Origin: Macrostomum lignano
Taxonomy: Eukaryota
Direction of reading: 5' to 3'
NCBI GenBank assembly: GCA_002269645.1
Contig: NIVC01000369.1
Span: forward strand, 62,001-126,000
Length of the DNA stretch: 64,000 nt
In this document: piece by piece, positions 46,790-59,539 of the stretch
Numbering within the stretch: position 1 is the first letter of the stretch
Layout: each line of letters begins with the position of its first letter
Program-made: the position numbers and the translations under genes
The notes under the pieces: generated by a model
What the model was told of the DNA's origin: nothing
The model's input: only the letters and a program-made list of their open reading frames with translations
The model's database searches: none

Positions 46790-49620
46790 GTTGCAACACT
46801 TTAGCACATTGACAGAACTACGAAAACTTAGAATTGCAGAAACGCAAACAGAAACAATAGCATAGCCGATCCATGTCATGCCCCCCTCCGGAGAAAAGCC
46901 TTCATAGATTATACATGTAACAACGAATATAAACTGGGTAAAGCGTCTGGGAGCCTGAACACGTGGCTCTGATCTGAACTTAAAGTAGTCTGTGACACAA
47001 CATAGTGAGTTATTAAACTGGTTCATTGGGATAGCTACGTGTCAGATTCTATGGCCTGTAGCGGTCGGGTTCCATTCGAATTCGTTCGCTCCTCCGTGTC
47101 GGTATGGCCTGTGCAGCCTGTGGCTCCGGTTCAGCCGGTCTCTGACCTTCCACATCCGTCTCATCGGTTTCTTCATCAGAAAAAGTGCGAGGCGCGAGTT
47201 GATTGTTGCTGACCAAGCGTAGTGCATTGTCCGCTAGCAACCAGGAGGTGTTCTGTCCCTGGGTCATCAGAAATTCTGCATCTCTGGTGGGAGTGTCCGC
47301 TTTGCCTTGTAGCCAACGAGGTCGCCTTGCTGGAAGGTTGAAACTACCGGGACGCGCAGCCGACGACCAAAGACCAGTTCAGCGGGCGTCGAACCATGCA
47401 CGCGCGTTGGATGAATTGCGATGGTGGAGAAGGACTTTCTGCAGAAAGGCGGTGAAATCGGAGTGGGTTAGTCGCTGGGTCCAGCTTGCAAAGCCCTTTT
47501 TACAGTCTGAACGGCTCTTTCAGCTGTGCCATTCGACTGCGGCGAGTAGGGGGTGTTTCCATTTTTTGCGCTCCATTAGCCCGAAGCCAGGACTTCACTA
47601 CATTGGCTGCGGACCTGTCCGGTGAAGGAAATCCTTCGATCCAACCCGAGTATGCGCGTCAACCACAATTAGCAGATTTCCTGCTTCTTGTACGAATGCC
47701 CAGTCAATGTGAACCCTCTGGAATGATATTGTTGCGGGTGGCCAGTGATCCCTCATTTTCAATAGGCGTGGCTGCAGTCAATTGCAGACGGAACACTGGT
47801 GCACGAACTGCTCGACGTCCTTCTGCATGCCGGGCCACCAGCACGATAGCGAAAGAAGGCTATAGGCTGCAGCCACGCCTGAGTGGGTGTCGTGGATGGC
47901 ATTAAAGGCCTATATCCGAAGACGCAGAGGGATAAAAACTCGTCGACGCATGTACAGTAGTCCGTTCTCGAGCGTCAGGCACTCCGAAATCTTCTTGAAA
48001 GGTAACAGCCTCTGAACAGCCTTTCCAATCACCTGAGCGAATTCGGCTCAAAATTCTCGGCATGAGGGGATCGCCAGCCAACTCTGAAGCAATGCGGGTG
48101 GAGTCGATAGTCGAAGTTTCAAAGGTGACGCAGTTAATTGCCTGAGCTGTTTCGGGGGGTTCTTTGTCTTGCTTGCCGTTCAGAAAAGACAGCCGAGACA
48201 GAGCGTCGGCATTAGGAATTTTTGAGCCTGGGATGTATTTGATTTCGAAATTAAACTGCATCAGCGAAAGTGCCCATCTGCTTATTCTCGCCGAGGTGCC
48301 GGTAGGAATGCTGCCACCATAGAGCCGGAGCAGCGGCTGATGGTCAGTGTGGATCTCAAACTTTCAACCTTGTAGGTAATGCTTCAAACGAAAGACAGCC
48401 CAGACAATGGCCTCCGATAGAGTCCTGGAAATATAAATTACAGGGTGACCCTCCTGAGTCAGGACACCGGCAAGAGCCCCTTTGGATGCATCGGTGGTCA
48501 AAGTCGCTTCCTTATCAAGACTGTATGGCTGAACGACCGGCCGAGAAGAGAGCTCTTTTTTAGGTTGGTCAAATGCACGTTGGCATTCGTCGGTCCACAC
48601 GAAGGCGGCGCCTGACTTACGCAGCTTGTTAAGTGGAGCGACCTTTGATGAGAACTCTGGGATCAGGCGCCCAAAGAAGTTAACGAGTCTGAGAAACTGC
48701 TCATTCTCCTTTTTGGATGTCGGCGAAGCAAATTGGCGCACTTTCTCAACCAACCGATCGTTTGGCCATATGCCAACGGCGGAAACCTTAAAGCCGAGGA
48801 AAGAGATCTCGTCACTCATATTGATGCATTTGCTCTCATTGATCGTGACCTTCTTTTCCAGCAGCCGAGTCTCCTGGTAAATCAGAATGCCTTTGAGATC
48901 GGCCAAAATGCTCTCCATCGCTCTTTGAAATAAAAAGGATGCATTTTTCATCCCCATTTGAAGACGCGTGACGCGATATAGGCCCCGGGATGTGTTGATG
49001 TTGGACAATTCCTCCTTATCCAGAGCGATTTGCCAATACGCCGATCTCAGATCTATCTTTGCAAACTTTTTTGCATTTTCAGTTTAGAGAACAGAATATG
49101 GTAAGACTCTGACTTGATCTATTTGTTTACATGTACTTTATAGTCCGCACACATGCGTAGCAAACCGTCTGATTTTTTCACCCAAACTACCGGCGAAGCG
49201 TTACTCACAGGACCTTCGATGCGCTCGATGACGCCCAGCTGTTGTAGCCGGTAGAGCTCCGCGTTAATCTTCTCCTCTAGCGCAAGTGGCACGGGCCGAG
49301 CTCTGCAGAACTGGGGTTGCGCTCCGTCAATCAGCTCCATTCGCGCCGTGATGCCTTTGATTCTTTGAGTGTGCATTCAGTTTAAACCACACTCTGCTAC
49401 CCATAATAGTCTCAAAAGTTTTTCGCCACCAAATCCGGTCCAAATAAAAGCAGAAATGCGGTTTTATTCTCATTTTCCTGCTCAAAACAGCGGCGCCCCG
49501 CTGAGGTGGCTGAGCAGCCCTCATGCCCCGCCACTGTCCCAGTTCAATGCAATGCGAAGCCACTGCAAACACTTATTTATGTACATTGCACAGTGCACTG
49601 AGTGAGCACAGACTCAAGTG
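46790..49620 (-). mobile_element. Degenerate Ty3/Gypsy retrotransposon (RT-RNase H-integrase, PPT, short or partial 3' LTR); 5' part missing
   Basis: QPQFCRARPVPLALEEKINAELYRLQQLGVIE...ASPVVWVKKSDGLLRMCADYK; FAKIDLRSAYWQI; GMKNASFLFQRAM; LTTDASKGALAGVLTQ; TDHQPL; IKYIPGSKIPNADALSRL; TPYSPQSNGTAERAVQT. PPT GGAGGGGGGC precedes TGACATGG at 46878. Many stops and frameshifts. Confidence 0.93.
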
Positions 49621-50049
49621 GCTGCTAGCATCATTGATGCAGCATCAGATGTTCAAAAGAGATGCACAGAATGGCTGATGCTCGTTTGAACTCACTTTTG
49701 TGCAGATGAAGCAACCAGCCGCAACTTTCAGCCTCCAGGTGAGCAGATTGCTCAGCTGTCCACAGACTTCTCTGCGTCTCTCCGAGCTCGAGTCTCCCCC
49801 GTTGCCATGGCAACTGGAGCAGCTCTGCAGCGTCTGTGCAGTTAAGGGCTCTGCACATCTCCTGCTCACTGCGTGAGGGGCCGAGCCGTGAGGCAGCCTC
49901 AGACCTCATGACACTCTGCAAGCCCTTTGAAAACAATGGCCAGCTTCACTGCATGCCTGCTTCATCAGCTCTGCCCTCCCCACACTGTTGTGTGCATTGA
50001 ACTGAGTGAGGCTCAGAAATGATGCTGCGAAATATTAAAATATGATATG

Positions 50050-50880
50050 GGACACAGCAGGTCACGGCAAGTCAGGACACAGCAGGTCACGGCAAGTCAG
50101 GACACAGCGGGTCACGGCAAGTCAGGACACAGCGGGTCACGGCAAGTCAGGACACAGCGGGTCACGGCAAGTCAGGACACAGCGGGTCACGGCAAGTCAG
50201 GACACAGCAGGTCACGGCAAGTCAGGACACAGCAGGTCACGGCAAGTCAGGACACAGCGGGTCACGGCAAGTCAGGACACAGCAGGTCACGGCAAGTCAG
50301 GACACAGCAGGTCACGGCAAGTCAGGACACAGCGGGTCACGGCAAGTCAGGACACAGCAGGTCACGGCAAGTCAGGACACAGCGGGTCACGGCAAGTCAG
50401 GACACAGCGGGTCACGGCAAGTCAGGACACTGCGGGTCACGGCAAGTCAGGACACAGCGGGTCACGGCAAGTCAGGACACAGCGGGTCACGGCAAGTCAG
50501 GACACAGCGGGTCACGGCAAGTCAGGACACAGCGGGTCACGGCAAGTCAGGACACAGCGGGTCACGGCAAGTCAGGACACAGCGGGTCACGGCAAGTCAG
50601 GACACAGCGGGTCACGGCAAGTCAGGACACAGCGGGTCACGGCAAGTCAGGACACAGCGGGTCACGGCAAGTCAGGACACAGCGGGTCACGGCAAGTCAG
50701 GACACAGCGGGTCACGGCAAGTCAGGACACAGCGGGTCACGGCAAGTCAGGACACAGCAGGTCACGGCAAGTCAGGACACAGCGGGTCACGGCAAGTCAG
50801 GACACAGCGGGTCACGGCAAGTCAGGACACAGCAGGTCACGGCAAGTCAGGACACAGCGGGTCACGGCAAGTCAGGACAG
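50050..50880 (+). repeat. Minisatellite, 25-bp unit GTCAGGACACAGCGGGTCACGGCAA, ~33 copies
   Basis: Direct reading (period 25). Confidence 0.97.
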
Positions 50881-51344
50881 CTCCAACAGTTGCTAATAAA
50901 AAGTCAGTCCAAAAATCAAATACAAAAATCAGTGCCGGAAAAAGCGCCAAACCGGTGGCTGAAAAATGTGAAAAATTCTCGGCAACAGAAAATCTGGAGT
51001 AGGCATTGAGCAGTCTGAGCAGATTGGGGAAATTGTGATTGGCTTTGTGCCAGTTTCAAAATCAGCATTGATCAGCTTAAAACTGAAATGGCACTTGAGT
51101 CAGCTCAAAAATATCTCTTTTATTGAAAGGAGCAACTAGTAAAACAACCCGCAGTCAAATAACTAAAATTTAAATTTCGAATCGCAACCGAATAAACAAA
51201 ACTGTGATTGGATAATTGTTATCAATTAGATCCGGGCATCGGTTAGCAGCAGGATGATCGATAGACAAAACGATAATAAATTCAAATCTGAGCAGTTCGA
51301 GCAAACAAAACATGACAAAAACAAAAGATGAACTCGTAATTTGA

Positions 51345-51935
51345 TAAACAAAAAGGCATTGGATAAACAAAGATAGCCATTGGATTAAATTAAAAGGACA
51401 AAAGGATAACAAAAAGGCAATTGGATAAACAAAAATGTCAAAGATAAGAGAAAGGGCAATGAGATGAAAAAAGGGCGATCAGATAAACAAAAATGGCAAA
51501 CATATAAACAAAACGGAAATCGAATGAACAAAAAGGCAATCAGATAAACAAAAAGGGCAATCGGATAAACAAAAAGGGCAATCGGATAAACAAAAAGGGC
51601 AATCGGATAAACAAAAAGGGGCAATCAGATAAACAAAACGAGCAATCAGATAAACAAAAAGGGCAATCGGATAAACAAAAAGGGCAATCGGATAAACAAA
51701 AAGGGGCAATCAGATAAACAAAACGAGCAATCAGATAAACAAAAAGGGCAATCGGATAAACAAAAAGGGCAATCGGATAAACAAAAAGGGGCAATCAGAT
51801 AAACAAAACGAGCAATCAGATAAACAAAAAGGGCAATCGGATAAACAAAAAGGGCAATCGGATAAACAAAAAGGGGCAATCAGATAAACAAAACGAGCAA
51901 TCAGATAAACAAAAAGGGCAATCGGATAAACAAAA
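51345..51935 (+). repeat. Minisatellite, ~21-bp unit AAGGGCAATCGGATAAACAAA, with an 85-bp four-unit higher-order repeat
   Basis: Degenerate 5' units; identical 85-bp blocks (ORF-track ends at 51709, 51794 and 51879). Confidence 0.92.
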
Positions 51936-52640
51936 ACAGAAAATGTCAGTAAGCAAAACCGCCCGCTTAAAGAGTCGCACCGCTCCTTCACAGCCCATCG
52001 CTCTCGCAGTCACGATGAGGCACTCGAACCCCGTCAGCGCCCTGCTCAGAAGCGGCGATGATGCTGGGCGGGAAGTGCGCTGTGGGAGCGAATGAGGGAG
52101 GCAGCTGCTGACTGCCCCAACCAACATACCGAACACCCAATAATTTCTAATCCGAAACCTCTCTTCCCAAACAAAACACCTGCAGGTCTGAGATCAGCGA
52201 TCAGATTCGACACCCAACCCGCAAGCCCCCTTGCCCTCCCATTGCGGCAGCTGCTTCTAATTCAGCTCTCACGCAACAGAATGACGGGCCAGCTGGACTT
52301 CAAAATGCTTCACGGATTTTCTGAACTCCCAGTAGTGCGTTTCTGACTGCTTTTTAGAGAACAGAACTGAGAGAATGCGAGTCCCAGGGTATCGAGATTC
52401 ACCATGTCACTTCCGGCTTTGCGGCCTGCTTTTGCATTACAGACAGCTTATCGACAAAAGATTGAACTATGGGTGGCGCCATGAGGAGATTTCAGGAGCT
52501 GCCCTGACAAATTCGTGACGCCCTCGCTTGACTGCGGCGCTGCTGAGAATTTCCGAGCGCCGATCATCAAAGCGCAATGAATTTTCGCCCAAAACGATTT
52601 TCAGTATTTTCAGTGTCAGGCAGCAGTTCTCAGTCAGGAC

Positions 52641-53576
52641 TCACCCAGCTGAGGCGGCAGTCGACGCTGAGCTGCCAGCGGGAGGCCGAGAGGCTTCGAG
52701 CTGCGGCTGCGTGGAGGAAATCCATTGCCGCTTTGCTGACCGGTCTGTGTAGCACTGCCGACTCTTAACAACATCAGCCGGTGTTTTGCCCTTGTTGTTC
52801 TTCAATCTGAACATTTCGACTCCGATTTGGTCAAAAATGAACTGAAGAGAGTCGACTGGCTGCCACATAGCGGCCAAATGGACGGCCGTGTCACCGAATT
52901 CGTCAGAAACTGTGAGACAGTCGCTGCCGGCCTCATTCACCAGCCACTTCAGATTTGAATTGTTAGACTTCTCAGCAGCAAAGTGAAATGCTGTTCTGTC
53001 ACACAATCCTCCCTTCAGCCGAAAGCAGTCAGTTCCGATCTGTCTCTTGATCCACTCCAGCGACTCGATGCCCTGATGCTGAGCGGCCAAATGGACGGCC
53101 GTGTAAAATTGTTTGTCTTGAACTGTGAGACAGTCGCTGCCGAGCTCCTTCACCAGCCACTTCAGACAAGAGTTGCTTTCTCTGTTCATAGCGGCAAAGT
53201 GAGCGACTGTCGGTCCCGATCCATCGACAATTTCCAAGCAGTTGCTGCCTCCCTTCTCTTTAACCAGCTCCATCCAAGATTCGTCCTGATACAGGGCTGC
53301 TAAGTGCACTGGAGTTTGAAACCAATTATTTTTAAAGTCCAGATAGCCGGGCAATTTGTCAATCAGCAGCTCCAGGCATGACGAACTCACCGGCTTGCAG
53401 GCCACGTGATGGACCAGCGGCATTCTGCGAAGCTCTTTATAGGGAAATGTTTGCTGGTCAAAGCCGCCCACCTCCAGCTCGATGTTGCTGCCGACCTCAT
53501 CGCACAGTTTTATCAGTCTTATGCTGTCTCCAGCCTCCAGCGCCGCTCTCAGATTCCGCTCCATCTCTGTTGCCAT
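52641..53576 (-). CDS. Ankyrin-repeat protein, intronless, 311 aa from ATG at 53576
   Basis: About 6 ANK motifs (TPVHLAAL, TVAHFAAM, TAVHLAAQ, TAFHFAAE, TAVHLAAM, GKTPADV). GCCATGG start context. The track's GTG start at 53639 is less likely. Confidence 0.88.
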   Translation of the reverse strand: MATEMERNLRAALEAGDSIRLIKLCDEVGSNIELEVGGFDQQTFPYKELRRMPLVHHVACKPVSSSCLELLIDKLPGYLDFKNNWFQTPVHLAALYQDESWMELVKEKGGSNCLEIVDGSGPTVAHFAAMNRESNSCLKWLVKELGSDCLTVQDKQFYTAVHLAAQHQGIESLEWIKRQIGTDCFRLKGGLCDRTAFHFAAEKSNNSNLKWLVNEAGSDCLTVSDEFGDTAVHLAAMWQPVDSLQFIFDQIGVEMFRLKNNKGKTPADVVKSRQCYTDRSAKRQWISSTQPQLEASRPPAGSSASTAASAG

Positions 53577-54176
53577 GGCTACACTGCTTCTCCTAGCAGC
53601 GCTTCTCTGCCGATCTGCTGTCTGCCGCAGCTGTTCCACACGGCTTCAAACTGAGTGCTTTGCTCTTCTTCAAGCGAATTTGCCTGCCAGCTCAGCAGCA
53701 GCAGCAAAAGTCCCGCTGTCACGGACTGAAATCTCTGAGCTCTCCCTGTGCAGAGAAATTTGTTTAAATGGACTGAGGCCGATTCTCTTCTCTGACCCAG
53801 CGGCTGTGTTTGAGGCCTGATTGGGTGCCAGGGGGTCCGGCAGCTGCTCTGCTCAGCGGGGTGAGAGATGCAGGAGCAGTGAGATGCTGCGAGCTCTGCT
53901 GAGTTAAACAATGAGAGCTGACTGTGGCTGCGTGCTCGGCATAGCAAGTGCAGGGCAGGGGTGAAGGGGCGGCAGCTGAGACACAAGGGGAGAGATGGAG
54001 AGGGGAGGGAGGGCAGGGCTGAGGCTAGGAAGCCAAGCAGAGCTCTCTGACGATTTTCAATTTAGTTTGCAGCTGCGAGGCAAATATTTTGAAGAAAAAT
54101 GCTTTTGACTGAAGATTTTTCTATTGCTGAACTCAAATGGAGGGCGAATGACCGCTTAGGTTTGCCAGCGACACTT

Positions 54177-54314
54177 GACATCAGTATCTAACAGGTGACA
54201 TCAGTATCTAACAGGAGACATCAGTATCTAACAGGTGACATCAGTATCTAACAGGAGACATCAGTATCTAACAGGTGACATCAGTATCTAACAGGTGACA
54301 TCAGTATCTAACAG
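54177..54314 (+). repeat. Short array, 20-bp unit GACATCAGTATCTAACAGG(T/A), ~7 copies
   Basis: Direct reading. Confidence 0.92.
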
Positions 54315-54589
54315 TTTGCATTTGCTGACGTTGCCAACAAACCCACTAATTTAACTAGGCTCACCCGCCTGCCGGAACTCGCGAGGCCACGAGGCCAGGT
54401 AGTCAAACAGTCTGTCGGCTTCGCTGCCTGGTGATCGGCGAATCCACTCCATGGAGGCCTCGCTGAGACCCTCGGGGAACTGGCTGGGCGGAGCCTCGGA
54501 GCAGCGGGAGGAGATCAGAGTGAAGTGGAGAGGCACCGGTGCAGCTGGGAGTTTCCGTTCCGGACTTCCAGCTGAGCTCTGATGGCTTG

Positions 54590-54768
54590 CGGCACTTTTT
54601 GTATGCGGTTGCTGGGGTGCAGGTGGGCTGGGGTCACTTTTGGTATGCGGTTGCTGGGGTGCAGGTGGGCTGGGGTCACTTTTGGTATGCGGTTGCTGGG
54701 GTGCAGGTGGGCTGGGGTCACTTTTGGTATGCGGTTGCTGGGGTGCAGGTGGGCTGGGGTCACTTTTC
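54590..54768 (+). repeat. Short array, 42-bp unit CACTTTTGGTATGCGGTTGCTGGGGTGCAGGTGGGCTGGGGT, ~4 copies
   Basis: Direct reading. Confidence 0.92.
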
Positions 54769-55714
54769 CTAGTTGCGATCTGAACCAGGCAACTAGGAAG
54801 CTATTGGATCGAGAATTACCAAAACAGACAGTCAGAGAGACCTGAGGATCAGAGGCACTGAATCGGAGACCTGGCAGTGCAGGTCAAGAAAAAATCATGT
54901 ATCCGGCCGCCATGCAGTCGCTTTAAGTACAGCGGAATAGGGGAACCAAAAATTAATTTTGTTGAGTACAGCATCAGTTTGGCATAGTCTGCCAATCACA
55001 TTTGTTTTGCCGCTTTAAACTAATCGATCTATGAATTGTCAATTGTTAATTTTTCTAAAGAACCAGCTGATTCACACATCTAATGAGGACCCACTTTTTT
55101 CCAAATCTCACGCTCGTACATGGGTTCCAAACTTGTTAGCCTACTAACAGCAGGGTACGGGCATTTTTATTCTTTTTATGAAATTTTCATAGAATTCATA
55201 CTAGTAGGATTTGTGTAGCTATATGATTTTGCCATACTTGTAGTCATTACGTAGGAGCGGTTTTCGCTACTTTATTGGGGTCATAAATCATTGTTTGTGA
55301 GCATGTCTGACAGTCACCTGCGCTTCACTCAGTGTTGAGGCTGGCGCCAGATGGTCTGAGAGAATGCGGGCGATAGCTTTTTTTCTTATCATTTTTGACA
55401 GGCTATCAGATTTATGAGGTCAGGGCCTATTGTTCTTGTTCACTCAAGCGTGTGACAGCTTTGACAGCTATGCGTTTTACCCCTTAAAAGTACTTTTGGG
55501 ATTAGCGATTAGCGATTTCTCTTCATTATCTTCACTTTCTACTTAATAAGAGCTTTCTAATGTATATTTTTTCATTAATTTCTGTCATTCCTACGCGAAA
55601 GGTCATAAATCATTATGTAGCGATTTTGAGTGATTTATGACTGCGCCTGGCGTATTTTAATGGCCCCGAGGGAACTGATAGGATCTTCTGGTCATCTGAG
55701 TTTGGGTAGCAAAA

Positions 55715-55830
55715 AGCTCAGCCAATCAGAAAATTCGACGTCAGTTAAAACCAATCGGCTCAGCCAATCATGCAGCGTCGAGGTGTTCCATTATAACAAA
55801 TTGCGGTCCAGTTGGCGGCTATTTAAACAG
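55715..55830 (+). promoter_or_regulatory. Pol II promoter-like cluster (3 CCAAT boxes, CRE-like, TATTTAAA), possibly an LTR U3
   Basis: CCAAT at 55722, 55751 and 55764; CGACGTCA at ~55737; TATTTAAA at 55820. No downstream ORF and no LTR termini or TSD established. Confidence 0.35.
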
Positions 55831-57747
55831 GTGTTTTTGGCCCGCTCGGACCTCAACTTGCTCGGGCCCAGTACGCAACTACTGATTGCCGGAGCTTGAC
55901 CGTCGTCTCTTGATCCCCGGATCGCGACTTCCCCCATCATCATCAAGGACGAATCGCCCCTGTCGTCAGCAGCAAACATCAAGGTTAAGATCATCACCTG
56001 CTAGCTATCTGCGAAGATTGTGACATCAGCATCATCCCGGGTCTACAGCTGCGAAGCACTAAGCCGATTCGGTCACTGTGGATTACCTGGTCTCCGGCTG
56101 TTGAGTTTCTGATTGGTTGAGTGAGAGGCTACCTAGACTTGCTTGATTGGGTGATTCCTTATCTGTCCCCTGTTTCAGTAGCTGGATTAGACGCACACTT
56201 TTGCTCATTTTGTTCAGCAGTGCTGTTATTGAGGCAGAAATCACTTAATAATACTGCTAGTAGTCTGAAACTCCAATTCAATCTGAAGTGTGAAGTGATT
56301 TAAGGAGAAGGTTAAATCTGAGTTATTTTTATCGGTTTTGTTTCTTTGTTTGCCGATGGCTCAGATGAGTAGCTAAGCTAGTAGGCGCCGGTCACAGTGG
56401 ACCAATGGCAAGGCAGTTCTCAGTCGATCAATCTATCAAATCAGTTAGCGAAGCTGCCAGGAGTGCAGAATCGGCGCCAGAGATGTACTTTGTGCACTCT
56501 AGGGTAGCCAAGCGGCTCGGGTAATGAATCACGCGGTCTCTGATGTTCGAGTTAGTCTATCATCAGCGCTATGAGAGGCTAGTTGGCGCGTTGAAGGCCA
56601 TAAATACATTCCTCGTATTTAGCAATGTAATAGTACATGTAGCTACCCCATAGTCTCGCCACTGCAAGAATCCCCTGCACAAGTCCCCTCTGTACCTGCA
56701 TGGCCAATGCGATCTAGTCCCAGCAGTGTCCCTTATCATCGGCTATGACTTCGAGATTGACAGCAAAAAGACACTAGTTGGCAGGTAAGTGCAAAGTCCC
56801 TTCTAGTCGGAAGCCTGATTTCGAAAGTTCCGGTGTGGTGAGCCAGGACACACGGGCTGATGGCAGCGGGTTAGTTAATCTGCGGATTAGCTGATCTCTA
56901 CCTTCAAAATTCTCCCTGCTTGTCTCTCGCTGTCCCTCTCTTAGCTATAGGACCTAGACTGCTCGCCACACGATCAAGCTACCATGGGGCTGACCATCTG
57001 ACAGGAGTGGGGGCCAGGACTCTAATTGATTTATTTCTGAGACCTGAGGCCCGAAGGCTTCCCGAAAAGGGCCAAAAAGGCCGAAACCCATCACAAATAC
57101 GTTACTAAGCAGCGAAATTGTTTAAAATGAAACCTGCCTCACGACGTTAAATGGATCTGATATTAAAACACAATATTAGAACGAAAACTGATCAAATTTT
57201 AAGTCCTGCGTGTTGAATTGCAAACGCATTTCTTTCTCATCGTCTACCACATTGGCTGTGCACAAGTCTCTGGCGTTGTAAAATTAAAAAATAAATAATA
57301 TATATGCAATCATAATGTGAATGATGTCAACGGTTTGCTTGCATAAATATCTAATCTATCTATAATGTCAATGTCAAATCTATCCATAATCACGTTTTAA
57401 ATCACCAAGTCAAGAATTATAAAGACTTTTGTCAATATGCTTCAATAACAAGCTATAGTAAAAATAATAAGCAGTCTTAACTCGTCTTGATTACAATTTC
57501 CTCATTCTTTATGTTGCGCATGCTTTCCTTCAACCGAGCTATCCCGTCTTTCATTCTCACTATATCCACGCGCTTGACCTCCTCGAATCTTACTTTTTTA
57601 GAAGATTGCTCTTCAATAAGTTGGCTTGTTCATCCTCAAATATTGTCGAGATGGCGATTACTGCGCTTGCAACGTCTTTAGTACTAATTTTTTAATAGTG
57701 TTAAGAATTTTGCTGGACTGCTTAGCTTTGGAGGCCATTATCGTATC

Positions 57748-59539
57748 CATAGGCGTAGGAACGTTTCAAAAAGTGGGGGGGGGCAGGTTCAGTGATTTTT
57801 TTAATATGAATATGATGACTAAAAATGTACAATATCATGTACCGATTATTTTCAGAATCCGCATTGTCAGCACTCATTTTATAAAGTGCCGCAGGCACCC
57901 ATTTTAGCGCCGCAGGCACTCATTTTAGCACGGCAGGCACTCATTTTGGCACCGCAGGCACTTGTTTTAGCACCGCAGGCACTCATTTTAGCACGGCAGG
58001 CACTCATTTTGGCACCGCAGGCACCCATTTTAGCACCGCAGGCACCCATTTTAGCACGGCAGGCACTCATTTTAGCACCGCAGGCACTCATTTTAGCACC
58101 GCAGGCACTCATTTTAGCACGGCAGGCACTCATTTTGGCACCGCAGGCACCCATTTTAGCACGGCAGGCACTCATTTTAGCACGGCAGGCACTCATTTTG
58201 GCACCGCAGGCACTTGTTTTAGCACCGCAGGCACTCATTTTGGCACCACAGGCACCCATTTTAGCACGGCAGGCACTCATTTTAGCACCGCAGGCACTCA
58301 TTTTAGCACCGCAGGCACCCATTTTAGCACGGCAGGCACTCATTTTAGCACCGCAGGCACTCATTTTAGCACGGCAGGCACTCATTTTGGCACCGCAGGC
58401 ACTCATTTTAGCACCGCAGGCACTCATTTTAGCGCCGCAGGCACTCATTTTAGCGCCGCAGGCACTCATTTTAGCGCCGCAGGCACTCATTTTAGCGCCG
58501 CAGGCACTCATTTTAGCGCCGCAGGCACTCATTTTAGCACGGCAGGCACTCATTTTGGCACCGCAGGCACTCATTTTAGCACCGCAGGCACCCATTTTAG
58601 CACGGCAGGCACTCATTTTAGCACCGCAGGCACTCATTTTAGCACGGCAGGCACTCATTTTGGCACCGCAGGCACTCATTTTAGCACCGCAGGCACTCAT
58701 TTTAGCGCCGCAGGCACTCATTTTAGCGCCGCAGGCACTCATTTTAGCGCCGCAGGCACTCATTTTAGCGCCGCAGGCACTCATTTTAGCGCCGCAGGCA
58801 CTCATTTTAGCACGGCAGGCACTCATTTTGGCACCGCAGGCACCCATTTTAGCACGGCAGGCACTCATTTTAGCACGGCAGGCACTCATTTTGGCACCGC
58901 AGGCACTTGTTTTAGCACCGCAGGCACTCATTTTGGCACCGCAGGCACCCATTTTAGCACGGCAGGCACTCATTTTAGCACCGCAGGCACTCATTTTAGC
59001 ACCGCAGGCACCCATTTTAGCACGGCAGGCACTCATTTTAGCACCGCAGGCACTCATTTTAGCACGGCAGGCACTCATTTTGGCACCGCAGGCACTCATT
59101 TTAGCACCGCAGGCACTCATTTTAGCGCCGCAGGCACTCATTTTAGCGCCGCAGGCACTCATTTTAGCGCCGCAGGCACTCATTTTAGCGCCGCAGGCAC
59201 TCATTTTAGCGCCGCAGGCACTCATTTTAGCGCCGCAGGCACTCATTTTAGCGCCGCAGGCACTCATTTTAGCGCCGCAGGCACTCATTTTAGCGCCGCA
59301 GGCATTCATTTTAGCGCCGCAGGCACTCATTTTAGCGCCGCAGGCACTCATTTTGGTGCTGAAGGCGCTCATTTTTGTCGCCCTGCAGCAAAATGCATTT
59401 ATGCAAAGCAGCAAAAACAAAAAATAAGCAAGAAATCTACATTTTACATGTAAATTGTGGTGGGGCCAGATAATGGCTCCCCATTTTAAAAAGTGGGGGG
59501 CCATGGCCCCACTGCCCCCCCCCCGTTCCTACGCCTATG
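57748..59539. mobile_element. Non-autonomous hAT-type DNA transposon (1792 bp) carrying a satellite array
   Basis: Perfect 16-bp TIRs CATAGGCGTAGGAACG (57748-57763) and CGTTCCTACGCCTATG (59524-59539); perfect 8-bp TSD ATCGTATC (57740-57747, 59540-59547); subterminal AAAAAGTGGGGGG at both ends. Confidence 0.93.
57890..59360 (+). repeat. Minisatellite, 21-bp unit ATTTTAGCGCCGCAGGCACTC, ~70 copies, inside the hAT element
   Basis: Direct reading. Variant CTTGTTTT recurs at 57961, 58213 and 58906 (12 and 33 units apart). Confidence 0.97.

Noticed and set aside
49631-49936. 101-aa minus-strand ORF next to the Gypsy remnant, and a Lys-rich frame at 50881-51002
   Set aside because: No recognisable domain or consistent exon chain.
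54351-54536. Exon-like minus-strand segment (…RLFDYLASWPREFRQA|GTGAGC) between two small arrays
   Set aside because: It is plausible, but could not be linked in frame to the ankyrin ORF or any other exon.
11759-59504. Long ORFs of 200-750 aa in the track (16187-17192, 26725-27960, 28609-30938, 31800-33679, 50042-51009, 57879-59504, etc.)
   Set aside because: They are translations of tandem repeats, open in several frames and on both strands because the unit lacks stops. There is no evidence of coding.
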